Assembly: GCA_951406725.2 (NCBI GenBank)
Contig: OX597821.1
Span: forward strand, 104,036,001-104,100,000
Origin: Octopus vulgaris
Lineage: Eukaryota
Direction of reading: 5' to 3'
Length of the DNA stretch: 64,000 bases
In this document: in pieces, positions 10,546 to 24,796 of the stretch
Position numbering within the stretch: position 1 is the stretch's first letter
Layout: every line of letters starts with the position of its first letter
Made by a program: the position numbers and the translations under genes
Notes under the pieces: model-generated
The model's input: the letters and a program-made list of their open reading frames with translations, nothing else
Databases searched by the model: none
What the model was told of the DNA's origin: nothing

Positions 10546-12524
10546 AAAGAGAGATTGAATTCGTAACACTAGACGTACGGTGGAGTTTATTTCTGAAAAC
10601 ATGGGATATAGTTAGTCGTTGCAACGATCGAAAGAACTGCTGCCTTTGTATTCAAAATGTTTCAGCCATCATTAGTCAATGAGAAACAGGAATAACCAAG
10701 TAACACAAAGACATACAGTACATCTTCTCGATATTTTACGTCCTGGGTTCAAACCCCGCCGAGGCCACCTTTACTTTTCAGCCCTCCGGGTTCGAAATAC
10801 ATGCGCCTGTGGAATATGTAGCCATGTACACGATGAGCATATAATTCAATGGATCGACACAATTGAATTGCTATCGCCGAAAGCGACGGAAATCCAGTGT
10901 GTACTCGTGTCTTCAAGCTAGGTTTGAATTATGATTTCTGCGATATTTGCTTGGAGACGGAAACTGTGAACGATTGGGTAACAGCATGAGACTATTGTCA
11001 TCCTGCATGAAGAGAATTTGTTAGTTGGAACAATTATTTGAATAGCTGCATATAAACATGACATCTCATCTGACGAAGACGATACAGGGTAGGTTGGATG
11101 GGTGGATGAATGTATGTACGACTGGTTGGCTGGCTGGATGGCTAGAGTATCTAATTAAATGTCTAAATGTCGAAAGAAGAGACGTGTACTAAGCGTTCAT
11201 GATCAACATTATTATCTTAGTTAAATTAGCAATTTGGAACAACACAATATTTAATTTCGTTTTTGTATTTGGTTTGCAAGATTCTTTATGTAAGTTCGTG
11301 TGTTGAAGCATATTCTGTTGTGTCTGGGGAGAGTCATTTTCTTCTTGTACCTTATAATTTATCAAGACTATTGAAAATGTTGCAAGTCGCAACGAAAATT
11401 TTAGGAAAATAAAAATAAGAAATAAGTGAAAATTTTACCGGTGAGTGTGTATTTAATTAGAAGGAAAAAAAAAGAAAATGGCTCTCCCAGACACAACACA
11501 ATATTTAATCCTATTTAATTTTGTTTTTAAATCATGCCATAAGTTAGTGTTACTCAACGAAGCAGACGTGTGGAAAGGATAGGAGAACGGAGGCAGAGGT
11601 GCAGGGAGGAAACTGCAACGATTTATACACACTGGTAGAGACATTCTACGGGGTTCTATGCCAAAATAATTGGTGCATATCAATCTGTTACTAGCCCATT
11701 GCAATCAGAAAAATAACAGCTCTAAATCCATTCATGATGTCAATCTGTAGCTTGTATATGTAGGCCTGGTGAATGGAAAATGATTATAGAGTCGTTACAT
11801 CGACTGCATCAACATTCTGAAGTTACTTCCCGAAAGCTGCTTTTTTCAAAAGTCTCGTTAAATGGCTTTAGAAAATCGAACCACATGAAGGGGTGACGCT
11901 TACTGGTCTGTCGGTTAATAGGTCGATCACGTGGCATCGGCACGGATGTCTAGTGATTCGGATTTGAATCTGTTGCAACTGAGACAAAAACAGCAAGAAA
12001 CCAATCCAACATGCTGGAATAGTAGTATAATCTTTTCTATCGTCTCTGACAAGTATGGAAAGTAAATTTGGCCTCAACAAGATCTGAACTCAGAATGCAC
12101 GAAATCAGAGCAAATTTTGCTAAACATTCTATATGATGGTTTAAGCACTCTGCGAATTCGTGGTGATAGGTTCATTGATCTTAGCTGTTTAGGCCAGGAT
12201 CAAGAACATATATGATCATATGCATTTTGTCTGCCTTTGGTATTTACGAATTCAAAACCGTCATGACAGATGTCATCGCAAGGTAAATATCGTAGTAACA
12301 GACCATTAGTCTGTGTGTATACATATATTATGATACGTAAATGACTATTTTCCTCTCCAGATATTGCGCACACTTGAAAATGTTATCCGATGTTTCTTCC
12401 ATAAATTTCTTAGTTGGGAGGATTTAGATTAAAGGAGAATTGAATTGCTATTTTTAGCAGATTGAATGGCCAAAAGAATGTTCCATTATAGACTTGTAGC
12501 AGTGAAAAATAAGTGTCATGATTT

Positions 12525-13025
12525 AAAAGTTTGGCAGGAGGCCAGAAAATTTTGGGGAAGAGGTAAGTCGATATCATTAACCCCAGTGTTTAACTAGTAC
12601 GTATTTTATCGACCCCCATGTGGAGGAAAAGCAAAGTCAAGTTCGGTGGAATTTGAACTCAGAACGTCAAGCCGAAATAGCTGCCGTTAACCATCTTGCC
12701 CAGCGTGTCAAAACGATTCTGCGGGTTCGCTGCCTCCAGATTCCAAATTTTGGTACAAAGTGAGCAATTTCGGGTAGGAAGAAAGTCGATTACATCGACT
12801 CAAATGTTCAATTGGCACCTATTCAATTGACCCCGAAATGATGTAAATCAAAGACTATCCGGGAGAAATTTGTCGGTGGAAATATCGCTAAGCAATTTTT
12901 TTCCGGCGTGGTATCGATTCTGCCAACTCGCTGCCTTAATCCTTTTCTTAATACTGACTTCAAATTTTGGCACAAGACCAGCAATTTCGGGGTAGAGGGT
13001 AGGTCGATGTAATCGACCCTAGCAA
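12525..13025 (-). mobile_element. Cluster of degenerate SINE family A copies
   Basis: Repeated gtcgattacatcgac...tttatcgaccc...ggaatttgaactcagaacg motifs. Confidence 0.7.
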
Positions 13026-13032
13026 TGAAATG

Positions 13033-13462
13033 CTCCTTACTCTTTTACTCTTTTACTTGTTTCAGTCATTTGACTGCGGCCATGCTGGAGCACCGCTTTT
13101 AGTCGATCGCGCATATCGGCCCCGGGACTTATTCTTTGTAAGCCCAGTACTTATTCTAGCTATCTCTTTTGCCGAACTGTTAAGTTACGGGGATGTAAAC
13201 ACACCAGCATCGGTGGTCAAGCGATGTTGGGGGGACAAACACAGACACACAAACACAGACACACACACACACACACACACAAACATATATATATATATAT
13301 ATAATATATATGTGTGTGTGTGTGTGTGTACATAAATACGACTGGCTTCTTTCAGTTTCCGTTTACCGAATCCACTCACAAGGCTTTGGTCGGCCCAAGG
13401 CTATAGTAGAAGACACTTGCCCAAGGTGCCACGCAGTGGGACTGAACCCGAAACCATGTGGC
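13033..13462 (-). mobile_element. SINE family B, slightly 5'-truncated, inserted into a SINE A copy
   Basis: Matches other family B copies; SINE A sequence resumes on both sides. Confidence 0.9.
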
Positions 13463-13531
13463 TCGTACTTTATAGACCTCAAAATGATGAAAGGCAAAGT
13501 TGACCTCGGCGGAATTTTAACTTAGAACGCA

Positions 13532-14823
13532 CGAGGGGTGTTCAATAAGTTATGCTCCTGACCCTCTCACACTTGTTTGATCTAGCTGAAATTTTGCAGA
13601 TGCAATTATTCATATCGCTATAGATTAAGTGACAAATTACAGCTCTGAACTAATTGTGGTTTATGATTTACAGGTGTTTGAACTGAGTCAAGTGTGAAAT
13701 GGAGCTTGTTGAGTGTCGAGCAGTGATCCGGTTTTTGTATTTGAAAGGACGCACACCACGGGAGACTTTTGATGAAATGAAAGTAACTTATGGTGATGAT
13801 GCCCCATCATATGACCTTGTAAAACACTGGCATCATGAATTCAAACATGGTCGGAACTTCGTGGAAACAGCTCCCAGATCTGGTCGCCCCCCTTCTGCCA
13901 TTGATGAGGCATCTGTCCGTCAAGTTGAGGCTGCTATTTTGGAAGATCGACGCATAACTATTCGCTAAATAGACCATGAGGTCAAGATTAGTACCGGATC
14001 TGTGGAAACTATCATTCATGACCATTTGCATATGCAAAAGGTGTCTGCCAGATGGATTCCCTGGTTGCTCACACTTTTCCAGAAGCAAAAACGCGTCGAG
14101 TGCTCGAGGATGAATTTGGAGATGTGCGAAGAAGATGAGTCAAAGTTTTTCAAAAGACTGATTACACAGGAGGAAACCTGGGCCCATCACTATGATCCAG
14201 AGACCAAATCCCAGTCAATGCAGTGGAAGAACCGTTACTCACCTCCTCCAAATTAGGCAAGGGTGCAGCCCTCCGCTGGCAAGGTCATACTCACAGTCTT
14301 CTGGGACCAGGACGGAGTAGTGATGACAGATTTCCTGGCAAATGGTCCCACAATTACAGGAGCCTATTAAGCTTCACTTTTGAGGAAATTAAGAGAAGCT
14401 ATCAAAATCAAGAGGCGGGGCAAGATCAGCAAAGGCATCCTCCTCCTGCAGGACAACGCACCGGTCCACAACTCGCATGTCGCCAGATCAGAAGCGCAGG
14501 CGTGCGGCTATGAACTCTTCCCCATCCCCTCTGCTCTCCTGACCTTGCACCCACTGATTTTCACCTCTTCCCAGTCATGAAGTTGTTTTTGAAAGGAAAG
14601 CGTTTTCCAGATGATGCAACCTTGATTTCTGAAGTCACGTTGAGGTTGGAGGTGCAAGGTGGGGTCTTCTATAAAAACAGTCTCTAGAGCTGCATCAAAC
14701 GATGGGAGAAATGCGTAACTCTGAGTATTTTCTATGCAGAAAAAGACTAATAACTGTGCCAAGTTTCGTTGCTCTACTGCTATGGGAAGTGGATCAGGGG
14801 CATTACTTATTGAACGCCCCTCG
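13532..14823 (+). mobile_element. Full-length mariner (DD34D) transposon, irritans/marmoratus-like, inactivated
   Basis: TIRs CGAGGGGTGTTCAATAAGT / ACTTATTGAACGCCCCTCG; flanks CA / TA (decayed TA TSD); ~1.29 kb. Confidence 0.95.
13699..14750 (+). pseudogene. Mariner transposase pseudogene
   Basis: HTH N-terminus, VSARWIPWLL, ITQEETWAHHYDPE, LLQDNAPVH, SPDLAPTDFHLF; stops at ~13966, 14254 and 14368 plus a frameshift. Confidence 0.92.
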
Positions 14824-15382
14824 TAAAGTCAGAGGATATAGCATGAAGCATTTTACCCATCATGGTAACGATTATACCAGCTCGCTGTCTGAAAACCTTT
14901 TAACATTGCATGTAATAAAAAGATAGAAAAACAAGTGTTTAATGGCATTTTGTCCGTCTTTACGCTCTGAGTTCAAATACTGCAGCGGTCAACATTACCT
15001 TTCATACTCCCTTTCGAGGGTTGATGAAATGAATACCAGTCCAGCATCAAAGTCCATGGAATCGTCGTCTCTTTTCACCCAAGATTTCTGGCCCTGTGCG
15101 AAAATCTGAAATCACTATTACATGTTATCAGTGAAAGCATGTTGTGCATAAAACAATAAAACGATTGTGTTTATGTTCTGGCTTTTTGTGATAAAATGTT
15201 TCAAAGACTGTCCAAGGAAACCATTTCCCTTTTACTTGTATCAGTCATGGAGAGCGGCCATGCTGGGGCCATGCTTGAGATGTTTTAGTCGAACGAATTG
15301 ACTTCAGTACGTACTTTTTTTTGAAAGCTGGTACTCATTGTATCACTACTCTTACCGAGCGGCTAATATTAAGGGGACGTAA

Positions 15383-15610
15383 GGCGGCGAGCTGGCAGAA
15401 ACGTTAGCACGCCGGGCGAAATGTGTAGCCGTATTTCGTCAGTCGCTACGTTCTGAGTTCAAATTCCGCCGAGGTCGACTTTGCCTTTCATCCTTTCGGG
15501 GTCGATTAAATAAGTACCAGTTACGCACTGGGGTCGATATAATCGACTTAATCCGTTTGTCTGTCCTTGTTTGTTCCCTCTGTGTTTATCTCCTTGTGGG
15601 TAGTAAAGAG
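15383..15610 (+). mobile_element. SINE family A (monomer)
   Basis: Head ggcggcgagctggcagaaacgttagc, B-box-like gagttcaaattcc, central gcctttcatcctttcggggtcga. Confidence 0.9.
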
Positions 15611-15972
15611 TTCAAATCCCATCGAGCCCAACTTTGTCTTACATCCTTTAGGTGTCGATAAGTAGTGTCTATCGAAGGGGCGATGTATTAGTGAAATCTT
15701 TAGAGCGTCGAATGGAATACTTCGGGTATTTACTTCCGCTATATTTCAGAGTTCAAATCCCGTACTATCACTTAAGCACGATAATACATCCATTAGGAGA
15801 TATCACTGACAGAGGGTAAGTATCAGGAACGGTAATATGCACTGGAAACCTAGCGTCCTTGTTTAGTTCGGTAGGTCGAACTTCAATACGGATCGTACAT
15901 GACCTAATGTGTCGTTTCTTTGTTGACGATAGACGTGAAGGCGATAGAACGACAGAATGTTTAGCATATCAT

Positions 15973-16388
15973 GGCAGCGAGCTGGCAGAAACGTTAGCAC
16001 GCCGGGCGAAATGTGTAGCCGTATTTCGTCTGCCGTTACGTTCTTAGTTCAAATTCCGCTGAGGTCAACTTTGCCTTTCATCCTTTCTGGGTCGATTAAA
16101 TAAGTACCAGTTACGCACTAGGGTCGATATAGTCGAATTAATCCGTTTGTCTGTCCTTTTTTGTCCCCTCTGTGTTTAGCCACTTGTGGGTAGTAAATAA
16201 TTAGGTATTTCGTCTACCGTTACGTTCTGAGTTCAAATTCCACCGGGGTCGACTTTGCCTTTCATCCTTTCGGGGTTGATAAATAAAGTACCAATTACGC
16301 ATGGGGGCGATGTAATCGACTTAATCCGTTTGTCTGTCCTTGTTTGTCTCCTCCATGTTTAGCCCCTTGTGGGCAATAAAGAAATAAG
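15973..16388 (+). mobile_element. SINE family A, head plus two ~184-bp body units
   Basis: Body restarts at gtatttcgtc at 16021 and 16205; ends gcaataaagaaataa. Confidence 0.9.
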
Positions 16389-17039
16389 AATGGTTAGTAC
16401 ATCAGGCTAAAAGTGTCGTCGCATTTCTTCCGTCTCAATACTCTCTGAATTCAAAAACCACCAAGGTCCACTTCAGCTTTCATCCTCTCAGGGTCAATAA
16501 AATACGTACGATTTGTGCACTAGGGTCGATGTGATTGATTCACTTAGAATTTCTGGTGTTGTGCCACAGTTAATATTTATGACAGATGTGAGTGCTATAT
16601 CTAGCATGTCGAGTTAACACGTACCGCCACCTAATATTGGCCTTCTTATTTTGTTCGTGTTACTTTTGATATAATACTGTTAATAATTTACTCTGCACTG
16701 TTTGTGGCTTGGATATTCAACGCATTGCCCTCCGCTTTCGTTTCATAATTCATTCTTCAAACAACGATTTAATTAAAGCCGAACCAAATCCCTGGATTAC
16801 TAAATTATCATGAGGCTTTTAATCTAACAATTTGTTTTAAACAAATATTTATAGCAAACACACCTGTCGAACCATTAAAAAGAAGCAAATCGATATTTAA
16901 TGTCTATAAAAATGCACTTAGAAAAATAAATTGAACAAAACCCGCAACATTTCCGTTTAGAATGTATAGCTATGGTTTCGAATGGTGTATTTTGGTAATC
17001 AAATAGCAAAGGAAAGATCTATTGATTCTTTCTATTATA

Positions 17040-17210
17040 GGCACACATCTTAAAATTTTGGGGAGGGGATAGTGGATTACATCGACTTCAGTACTCAACT
17101 CGTACTTAATTTATCGACCCCAAAAAGGTCAGACCTCAAAACGTTGCGACAGACGAAATACTGCCATGCATTTTGCCCGGGGTACAAAAGATTCTGCCAG
17201 CTCGCCGCCT
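17040..17210 (-). mobile_element. Degenerate SINE family A copy
   Basis: gattacatcgac...ttatcgacccc...attctgccagctcgccgcc. Confidence 0.75.
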
Positions 17211-17320
17211 TCAGGAAAGATCTATTAATGAAGACAACACTTTGTCGTTTAACATTTGAGAAATATCAAACAAGTATCTCGAGTAACATCATGATTGTAT
17301 AAAATATAGTAAAAAAAATT

Positions 17321-17738
17321 TTTATTTATTGTCCACAAGGGGCTAAACATAGAGGGGACAAACAAGGAGAGAGAAAGCGATTAAGTCGATTACATCGACC
17401 CTAGTGCGTGACTGGTACTTATTTAATCGATCCCGAAAGGATGAAAGACAAAGTCGACCTCGACGGAATTTGAACTCAGAACGTAACAGCAGACGAAATA
17501 CCTATTTCTTTACTACCCACAAGGGGCTAAACACAGAGATGACAAACAAGGACAGACAAACGGATTAAGTCGAATTTATCGACCCTAGTGCGTAATTGGT
17601 ACTTATTTAATCGACCCCGAAAGGATGAAAGACAAAGTCGACCTCGGCGGAATTTGAACTCAGAACGTAACAGCAGACAAATACTGCTAAGCATTTCGCC
17701 CGGCGGTTTAACTAACAATTGTAGCAAATATCCGCCTT
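17321..17738 (-). mobile_element. SINE family A, dimeric body
   Basis: Reverse complement of the 15973-16388 architecture. Confidence 0.88.
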
Positions 17739-18339
17739 CAGGTAAGCTCTATTAATGAAGACAATACGTTGTCGCTTAACATTTGAGAAATATCAAACAA
17801 ATATCAGGAGTCACATCATGAGGTTATAAAATATAGAAAAACAATATATTGGATTCTAGAGACATGCACGACAGTTTAACCAAAATGCTTACTTCTCAAG
17901 CACGCAGTCTTGTGTTCACTTTCACTCCGAGTTATTTTAGGTGAGTGTCTTCTATAACACCAGTCTGACCAGAGCCTTGTGAGTGGAAGTGGTAGTTTGC
18001 CTTTTATATATATGTATATATGTATATAGGTACGGTACCAAATCGCCACACACTGATGGTCCGACACCTCTAATAATACGTGCTAATTTACACTAATGTA
18101 CACCTATTTGTATATTATTTAATCATTAAAGCGAAAGGCCTGGTTGGAGGCACAAACGCCGTGTTCTTTTACAGGACTTAGAAATACCGAAGGACTGGTG
18201 CAATAAGTGTGTGAATCTGGGAATGGAATCTGTTGAATAAAATCATAATTATCTAATTCGCCTGTATTTTCTTTTACCAAAGGCAAGCATCACTTCGTAA
18301 GCACATATATACACTGTAAATAATGTGAATAATGTACAT

Positions 18340-18548
18340 ATATATAGTCGCCATGATAGATCAGTTGCCATGATACATCGTTAGCCACTACACACATTTT
18401 CTTCTCTCCTTGTTTTTTATGTGTCCCTTTCTGTAGAAGAGCGTAGGCTCGAAACGTAGACTTTTTCTATTCTTGAGCTTTATACTAATAGATCTGTGTC
18501 TTTTGTACACCACCTGTCTTCGTTTTGTTTTTTTTGTAAACTCTCCCC
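18340..18548 (+). mobile_element. PLE-like terminal repeat fragment with a variant HHR motif (18427-18461)
   Basis: cttt-CTGTAGAA-gagc(gtag)gctc-GAAAC-GTA; homologous to 41880-42015; abuts (TA)n. Confidence 0.55.
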
Positions 18549-18845
<297 letters not shown>

Positions 18846-20504
18846 TCGTTTTGCAGTGAAAAAGAGTTTTTATCAATTTTCTCATGAGTTCCACGCTGTT
18901 CGTTTCAAACACTAAATATTCCCAAACGCACCGTTATGTCTAAACTGTCGCAATTTCTGCTTCAGTGTGAAGTGATATTTATGTTTTGCCCTTTTGTCAT
19001 CGGAAGCAAGATCAATGTGATTATTGCAGATAATGTGATTATTGCAGACGTAAGTTATTTGAATGACATCAGTTGGGCGATTGATTATTATCTGAGTATA
19101 CACTTAAACATTGCATTCTGTTTTATACTTAGCACTTACCATTTATGATTTATATTAGTGAAAGATTTTGGAATATTTTGGAACGCATGCTTTGTTTACT
19201 TATGCTTTCCTATATGGATTTATTTTGATTGTGTAATATAGAAAACTGCATTTTCTCCTCATTTTAAGTGTGTCGTGTGAGAGGAAATGTCCGTTACACA
19301 TTTATGGGCTATATAACAGTTGAAGTCATGAAGTTTACAATTTTTACGATGATTATCACTCAAATTTATGCATCAATTTCTTTGTATCAGCAGCATGTTG
19401 AAACACTAACCATTAAATGGTATGCTGCGGACGAGAAGATATTAAATGTTAAATGTAGTACATTATCAGTGCTGGTTTGGCTTAATGCGATTTGTGTTGT
19501 ATCTTATGAAAGTTTTCGTAATGGGTCCATCTATTTTATAGTTGGTGTGCATTTGCTTCATGTAAAACACCTCCTATATGGTTTGTGAATTTGATTAATC
19601 TAATGCACTTTATATGCGATTTGACTAATAGTTGTAATGCATTGTGTTGTACATGAATATTATCGTATAGTTTCGATAGAACAATATTTAGATTCTCTTC
19701 GATAAACGAAACATTAGTTAAACAGATATAGAAAATAAAACAAAAGATCCCAACTACGGTTGTTTTTATAAGCTAACTATGCAATTTAAAATTTCGCTGG
19801 ACATTCTCTGTTTCCGCTAAGTGGAAGCGTTTGTTTGCATCTTGATGCAAACAGACATGATATATTTCCTGTCTACCTGTTTATGTCTAGAAATTGTGTT
19901 ATAAACTTATTGTATCATTTGACGATTTATGTACTGCATTTTAGATTTTCAATACCTGGACATTCATGCTTATTTCTTAATTCTTCTCTTAAACACACGA
20001 CACATTCAATTGTGTCCATTACGACAAGTATGCCATCGATAAAACCAGACTATGACATCTGTCCCCACCGTCAATGAAACAACCATTATAAGGACACAAA
20101 TACCTGGATTTTGCTTGCACGATTGAATCAAAATCCCTTATGGCTTTACTATATATGCTGACTTATTTCTCTTTCTGATACCACACGAGTAACGTCTTCT
20201 CCTCTCGTAGAACACGTAACGGAACATGTTTCCTGCAGTACTGCAGACTTCTCATAGCTACTCCCATTATTTAACCAACGATAGCAAAAGATCAGCTGAA
20301 AAGATTCACTAGCCATCTCGTATATTAGCAAAACGTGACAGCAAAGTTGCGATGTGTGAAGGCAGGTGTTGTCGTGGTAAGACAGGCTTATTTTATTCAG
20401 CGCTGCTTAAAACGTTTTCCTTCTCACTGTCTCTCTCTCTCACACATGTCATACAATTAAAATTTAACTGATTGTCAGACCAAGTGCGAAAATGCTTGAT
20501 GAAT

Positions 20505-20740
20505 GACTCATCATCAATCATCCACCAGGTGTCCTCCCTGTGTCCAGTGATCGGCTTATCAAGTTAACCTCAATTCCACTTATGTTGTAACAGGTTCTTG
20601 TTTCTTGACCATTCCTTAATATCGTTCATCCACAAACGATCTCACGGAATCTTCCTCTCTTCATCTCCACATCTACAGTCAGAATGGTCTTGCGTAATGA
20701 ATTGTAGAGCTTTCAACGTCCAAAATATAATTGAATGTAA
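20505..20740 (-). mobile_element. Degraded RTE LINE 3' fragment
   Basis: Minus-strand peptides YFGR...LRKTILTVDVEMKRGR...RLWMNDIKEWS. Confidence 0.55.
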
Positions 20741-20852
20741 ATAATTCGTTTCAATTTTCTAGTACGACTCTTCAAAAACAAACAACCGACATAGTGCACA
20801 CATTTCAGCAAATTTAAGGTGGATTTGGTCATAACGACAACGATTCAATATG

Positions 20853-20883
<31 letters not shown>

Positions 20884-20949
20884 GTGTGTGGTGTGTGTGT
20901 GGTGTGTGGTGTGTGGTGTGTGGTGTGTGTGTGCGTGTGAGTGTACGTG

Positions 20950-21160
20950 CGTGATTGTGTTTGTCTCATAGCACCGCTTTACAACACATGTGTAGGTCCT
21001 CGTAAGACAGCCGTTCAGCAGAAAATGTTTGAGGCAATAAGCACCAGATTTAAAAGTACAAATATAGGCGTCGATTTGTTAGATTATAATCCTTCATGGT
21101 GATGCCTCAGTTTGGCTGTAGTCTAATGACTGAAACAAGGACAAGATAAAGAGTAAAAAG
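20950..21160 (+). mobile_element. Degenerate 3' half of SINE family B
   Basis: ggtgatgcctcagtttggctgtagtctaatgactgaaacaagg...agagtaaaaag. Confidence 0.65.
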
Positions 21161-22500
21161 ACACACACACACACACACACTTATAGATCGACAGATAGAC
21201 TGACAGAAAGATAGATAGAGAGATAGATGAATGTGAGCACTTGTGTATATGTGTGCCTGTGCACCTATGCATACGAGTGTCTGTGTGTTTGTTTGTAGGA
21301 ACGTACGAATTTTTATAATGTAATTGAAATCTAATCTTCGACCAGCAGAGTGTATTAACTCACTGAAGCTCTGATTGCTAGTCTCGCTGTTAGAAATGCA
21401 GAAGACCAGCGGGTGACCTACTAAAAGTAGTCAAAAAAATTAAAATAACACTTGTTCAGAATTTGCGTAAAAAATATGAAAAACAATGAAAAACAAGAAA
21501 ATTATACCAAAGATGCATGAAAATGTCTTTTTCTCCGTGTTAGCAGATTTAGAAACATGGTGATATCTGCATGATTAGAACAGTGAAATAAAGCGAGATA
21601 TGACATGCGCATTGCGTTTTTATTCTTCTCTTCCGTTTTACTAATACGTTGAGTTCATGCGCATCGTGTGTTCATATCTCTCTTTCTGGTTCCTACTCAA
21701 AACTGTTTAATGAACACAACCACCTCACGGACACGCGGTCGTGAGAAGCTCTTCTCGCTCCAACATTTTTGACAGAAATTTTGCCTTCCGGTTTTTGTGT
21801 AAAAAAATTGATTCATTTCTTTTCTTTGAAGCGAGTTTTCATTTTTTATTTCTTTTCGTCACTCCTCGTTTCCACAGTTTTTTTCTTTATTTCCTTTATT
21901 CCCAGTGGCAGTTTTTCGTACCTTCCTTTATAATCTTAATGCGTTTCGGTTTATCTTTGTTTCATAAATTTCTTCATCCATTTTAATAATTCTTCCCATT
22001 TTTTCCTTGTTTTTCACCAAACAGCTTCATTTTATCTTATATACCTTATATTTATTTTCATTTAAACCTTCATTTACACATATTGTTTCTAAATTTCTTT
22101 TCCTTTCTTTCTTTCTTTTTTTTCTTTCTTCCTTCCTTCCTTCTTCCCTTCCTTTCTTTCTTGATTTGTAACTATCAACACATACTCCAGATGCTACGCT
22201 TCTCAAACGCTTTTCTTTCTTTTGAAATTCTTTTGTTAGTATATTTCTACTGAAATACACCCAGATTATTTAAAATATTTCTGAAATATGATGAAAAAAA
22301 TATTGAATTATGTTTGGAGCATAAATTAACATAAATTATAATGAGAAATTGTAATTTAAATCATTTGAAAATAAAACGTTTATATTGCAGGACCAGCCGC
22401 AGTCTTAAGATTGCCCTTATCAAAATGGTTACCGTTATAACGTAAGTTTATTTGATCGGAAAGGATAGTGAGAGAATCAAAGGCACAAAAAAAAAGAAAT

Positions 22501-22885
22501 ATTTATTTCTTTATTGCCCAGAGGAGGTTAAACGTTCAGTGTACAAACAAAGAGATTAAGTCGATTATATAGACCCCAGTGCGACCCCGAGAGGATGAAG
22601 GGCAAGTTCGACTTCGGCAGAATTTGAACTCAGAACGTAACGGCAGACGAAATACCTATTTCTTTACTGTCCACAAGGCGCTACACACAGAGGGGACAAA
22701 CAAGGACAGACAAACGGATTAAGCCGATTATATCGACCCCAGTGCGTAACTGGTACTTATTTAAACGACCTCGAAAGGATGAAAGGCAAATTCGACCTCG
22801 GCGGAATTTGAACTCAACGTAACGGCAGACAAAATACGGCTACGCATTTCGCCTGGCGTGCTAACGTTTCTGCCAGCTCGCCGCC
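22501..22885 (-). mobile_element. SINE family A, dimeric body
   Basis: Same head plus duplicated body as the 15973 and 17321 copies. Confidence 0.9.
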
Positions 22886-23326
22886 CTTTTAAAAATTAAG
22901 GAATATTGATATGTCTCGAGAATGTGCTGCAGCATGGCCGCATTGTAATGACTGAAAGAAATAAAAAAAAATAAAAGATAAAAGACTTACAAATAAAATA
23001 AGTTCTGAAAGAATATATGTACATACAATTGTAAATAGAAATAAGAATTGACACCAAAAATGACACGATTTTCTCATGCACGAACCGTGCGGAGGAAATT
23101 GTGACAAAAAAGAGACAAAAAGAGGGGAGCCAATATGAGGAATATAGGAATCAAACTGCTCTTCAAGCAGTAATTCATCCATTTACGAATATTGTGCATA
23201 AATCTTATCTAAGCTGTTTCCTCTTTCTAGCCTTCTCTGCGACCTGGCTTCTCACGTTTCCGTTCAGGATGACAGATTCTCAGTGAGTGAAAGAGGCCGG
23301 ATGCAACATCGCGGCGAGCAACTATA

Positions 23327-23795
23327 TTCTTCTTCTTCTTCTTCTTCTTCTTCTTCTTCTTCTTCTTCTTCTTCTTCTTCTTCTTCTCCTTCTTTTTTTC
23401 TTCTTCTTCTTCTTCTTCTCATTCTTTTTTTCTTCTTCTTCTTGTTCTTGTTCTTCTTCTTGTTCTTCTCCTTTGTTTTCTTCTTTGTCTTCTTCTTTTT
23501 TCTTCTTCTTTGTCTACTTCTTTGTCTTCTTTTTCTTCTTCTTCTTCTTCTCCTTCTCCTTCTTCTTCTTCCTCTTCTCCTTCTTCTTCTTCCTCTTCTC
23601 CTTCTTCTTCTTCCTCTTCTCCTTCTTCTTCTTCTTCTCCTTCTCCTTCTTCTTCTTCTCCTTCTCCTTCTTCTTCTTCTTCTTCTTCCCCTTCTTCTTC
23701 TTAATTTCGTCCATCTTGCCCTCACTTCCTCCCCTTCCACACTTTCATCATCGTCGTCGCCGTCGACGTCGTCATCATCATCATCATCATCATCA
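23327..23795. repeat. (TTC)n / (TCA)n compound microsatellite
   Basis: Direct reading; source of the poly-S/L/F/E/R ORFs. Confidence 0.97.
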
Positions 23796-24475
23796 ACCTC
23801 ACTATTCATTTCACTCTTTTAAACTTGTTACGGTTTAATATGCTTATCTATTTCTGTTATTTGGTTACGCCTTCTGCTTATTAATCCGAACAACTTTCCA
23901 TAAAGCAGGTAAGATGTTTCTCCTCTTTAGTATCACACACACATTTGCAAATTAAGATTACAAATTGATATAGCGAAAGAAAATCATCGATGTTGTTTAA
24001 ATAGCACTTATGAAATGAGAATTCTCACTATTTCTTCTTCCTAACAAATTTGTGAACCCAACATGTTTCTGAAAGCGCAACACGAACTGTAGCATTTATA
24101 TGATGAAGAAGAGGAAAAATAACGCCATCAACTACAACGAGAGCATCCCCAGCACCTACAATTATAGTGGTCACAGTAAACAAAACATCAACAACAACAA
24201 CAGTTCCAAGGAGAAAAATTCTGCTACCATTTATACCTCCGAGAACAACACTACCGCTAACACCGTTGCAATTAGAAATACGATAAGCAATTCGAAATAG
24301 CTTGAAATATGATAGGAAGAGAACAGATGAGAGTGTGGAAAAATTAAAGAAAAGTTGTAAGTTAGAAAATGTAATTGAGGAAGGCATCCTGGCCGACGTG
24401 TTAGTGGCAAAATTCGCCGTTGATAACACTGGACAACAAAGATTTTGCTACTAGGGTAAAAGCATGTGTTTTAGA

Positions 24476-24623
24476 CTAAATCAAGGATGGATATTTGTCC
24501 TCATCTTGTTTTTTGTTAACACAACGTTTCGGCTGATATACCCTCCAGTTTTCTTCAGGCGTCTTGGGGAAGTTTCGAACCTGGTTTCTCATTCCTAAGG
24601 CATTTTTCGATGTTATTATAATG

Positions 24624-24686
<63 letters not shown>

Positions 24687-24796
24687 GTTGTTGTTGTTGT
24701 TGTTGTTGTTGTTATTATTTTCCAGGTCACTGCTTGGAATCGAACTCGGAATCTTGGGGTTAGTAGACCGCGATCTTAACCACTATGCCATATACC
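24476..24796 (-). mobile_element. tRNA-headed, HHR-containing SINE-like element (retrozyme-like)
   Basis: A box TGGCATAGTGG, B box GAGTTCGATTCC (24736-24747), internal (AAC/AAT)n, then an HHR at 24518-24563; 20-bp inverted copy of the head at 24801-24820. Confidence 0.7.
24518..24563 (-). ncRNA. Hammerhead ribozyme motif, stem II partly decayed
   Basis: gacgc-CTGAAGA-aaactg(gagggtatat)cagcc-GAAAC-GTT-gtgtt. Confidence 0.65.

Noticed and set aside
24028-24429. 133-aa ORF and overlapping Asn-rich ORF
   Set aside because: No recognisable motif or splice support; partly low complexity
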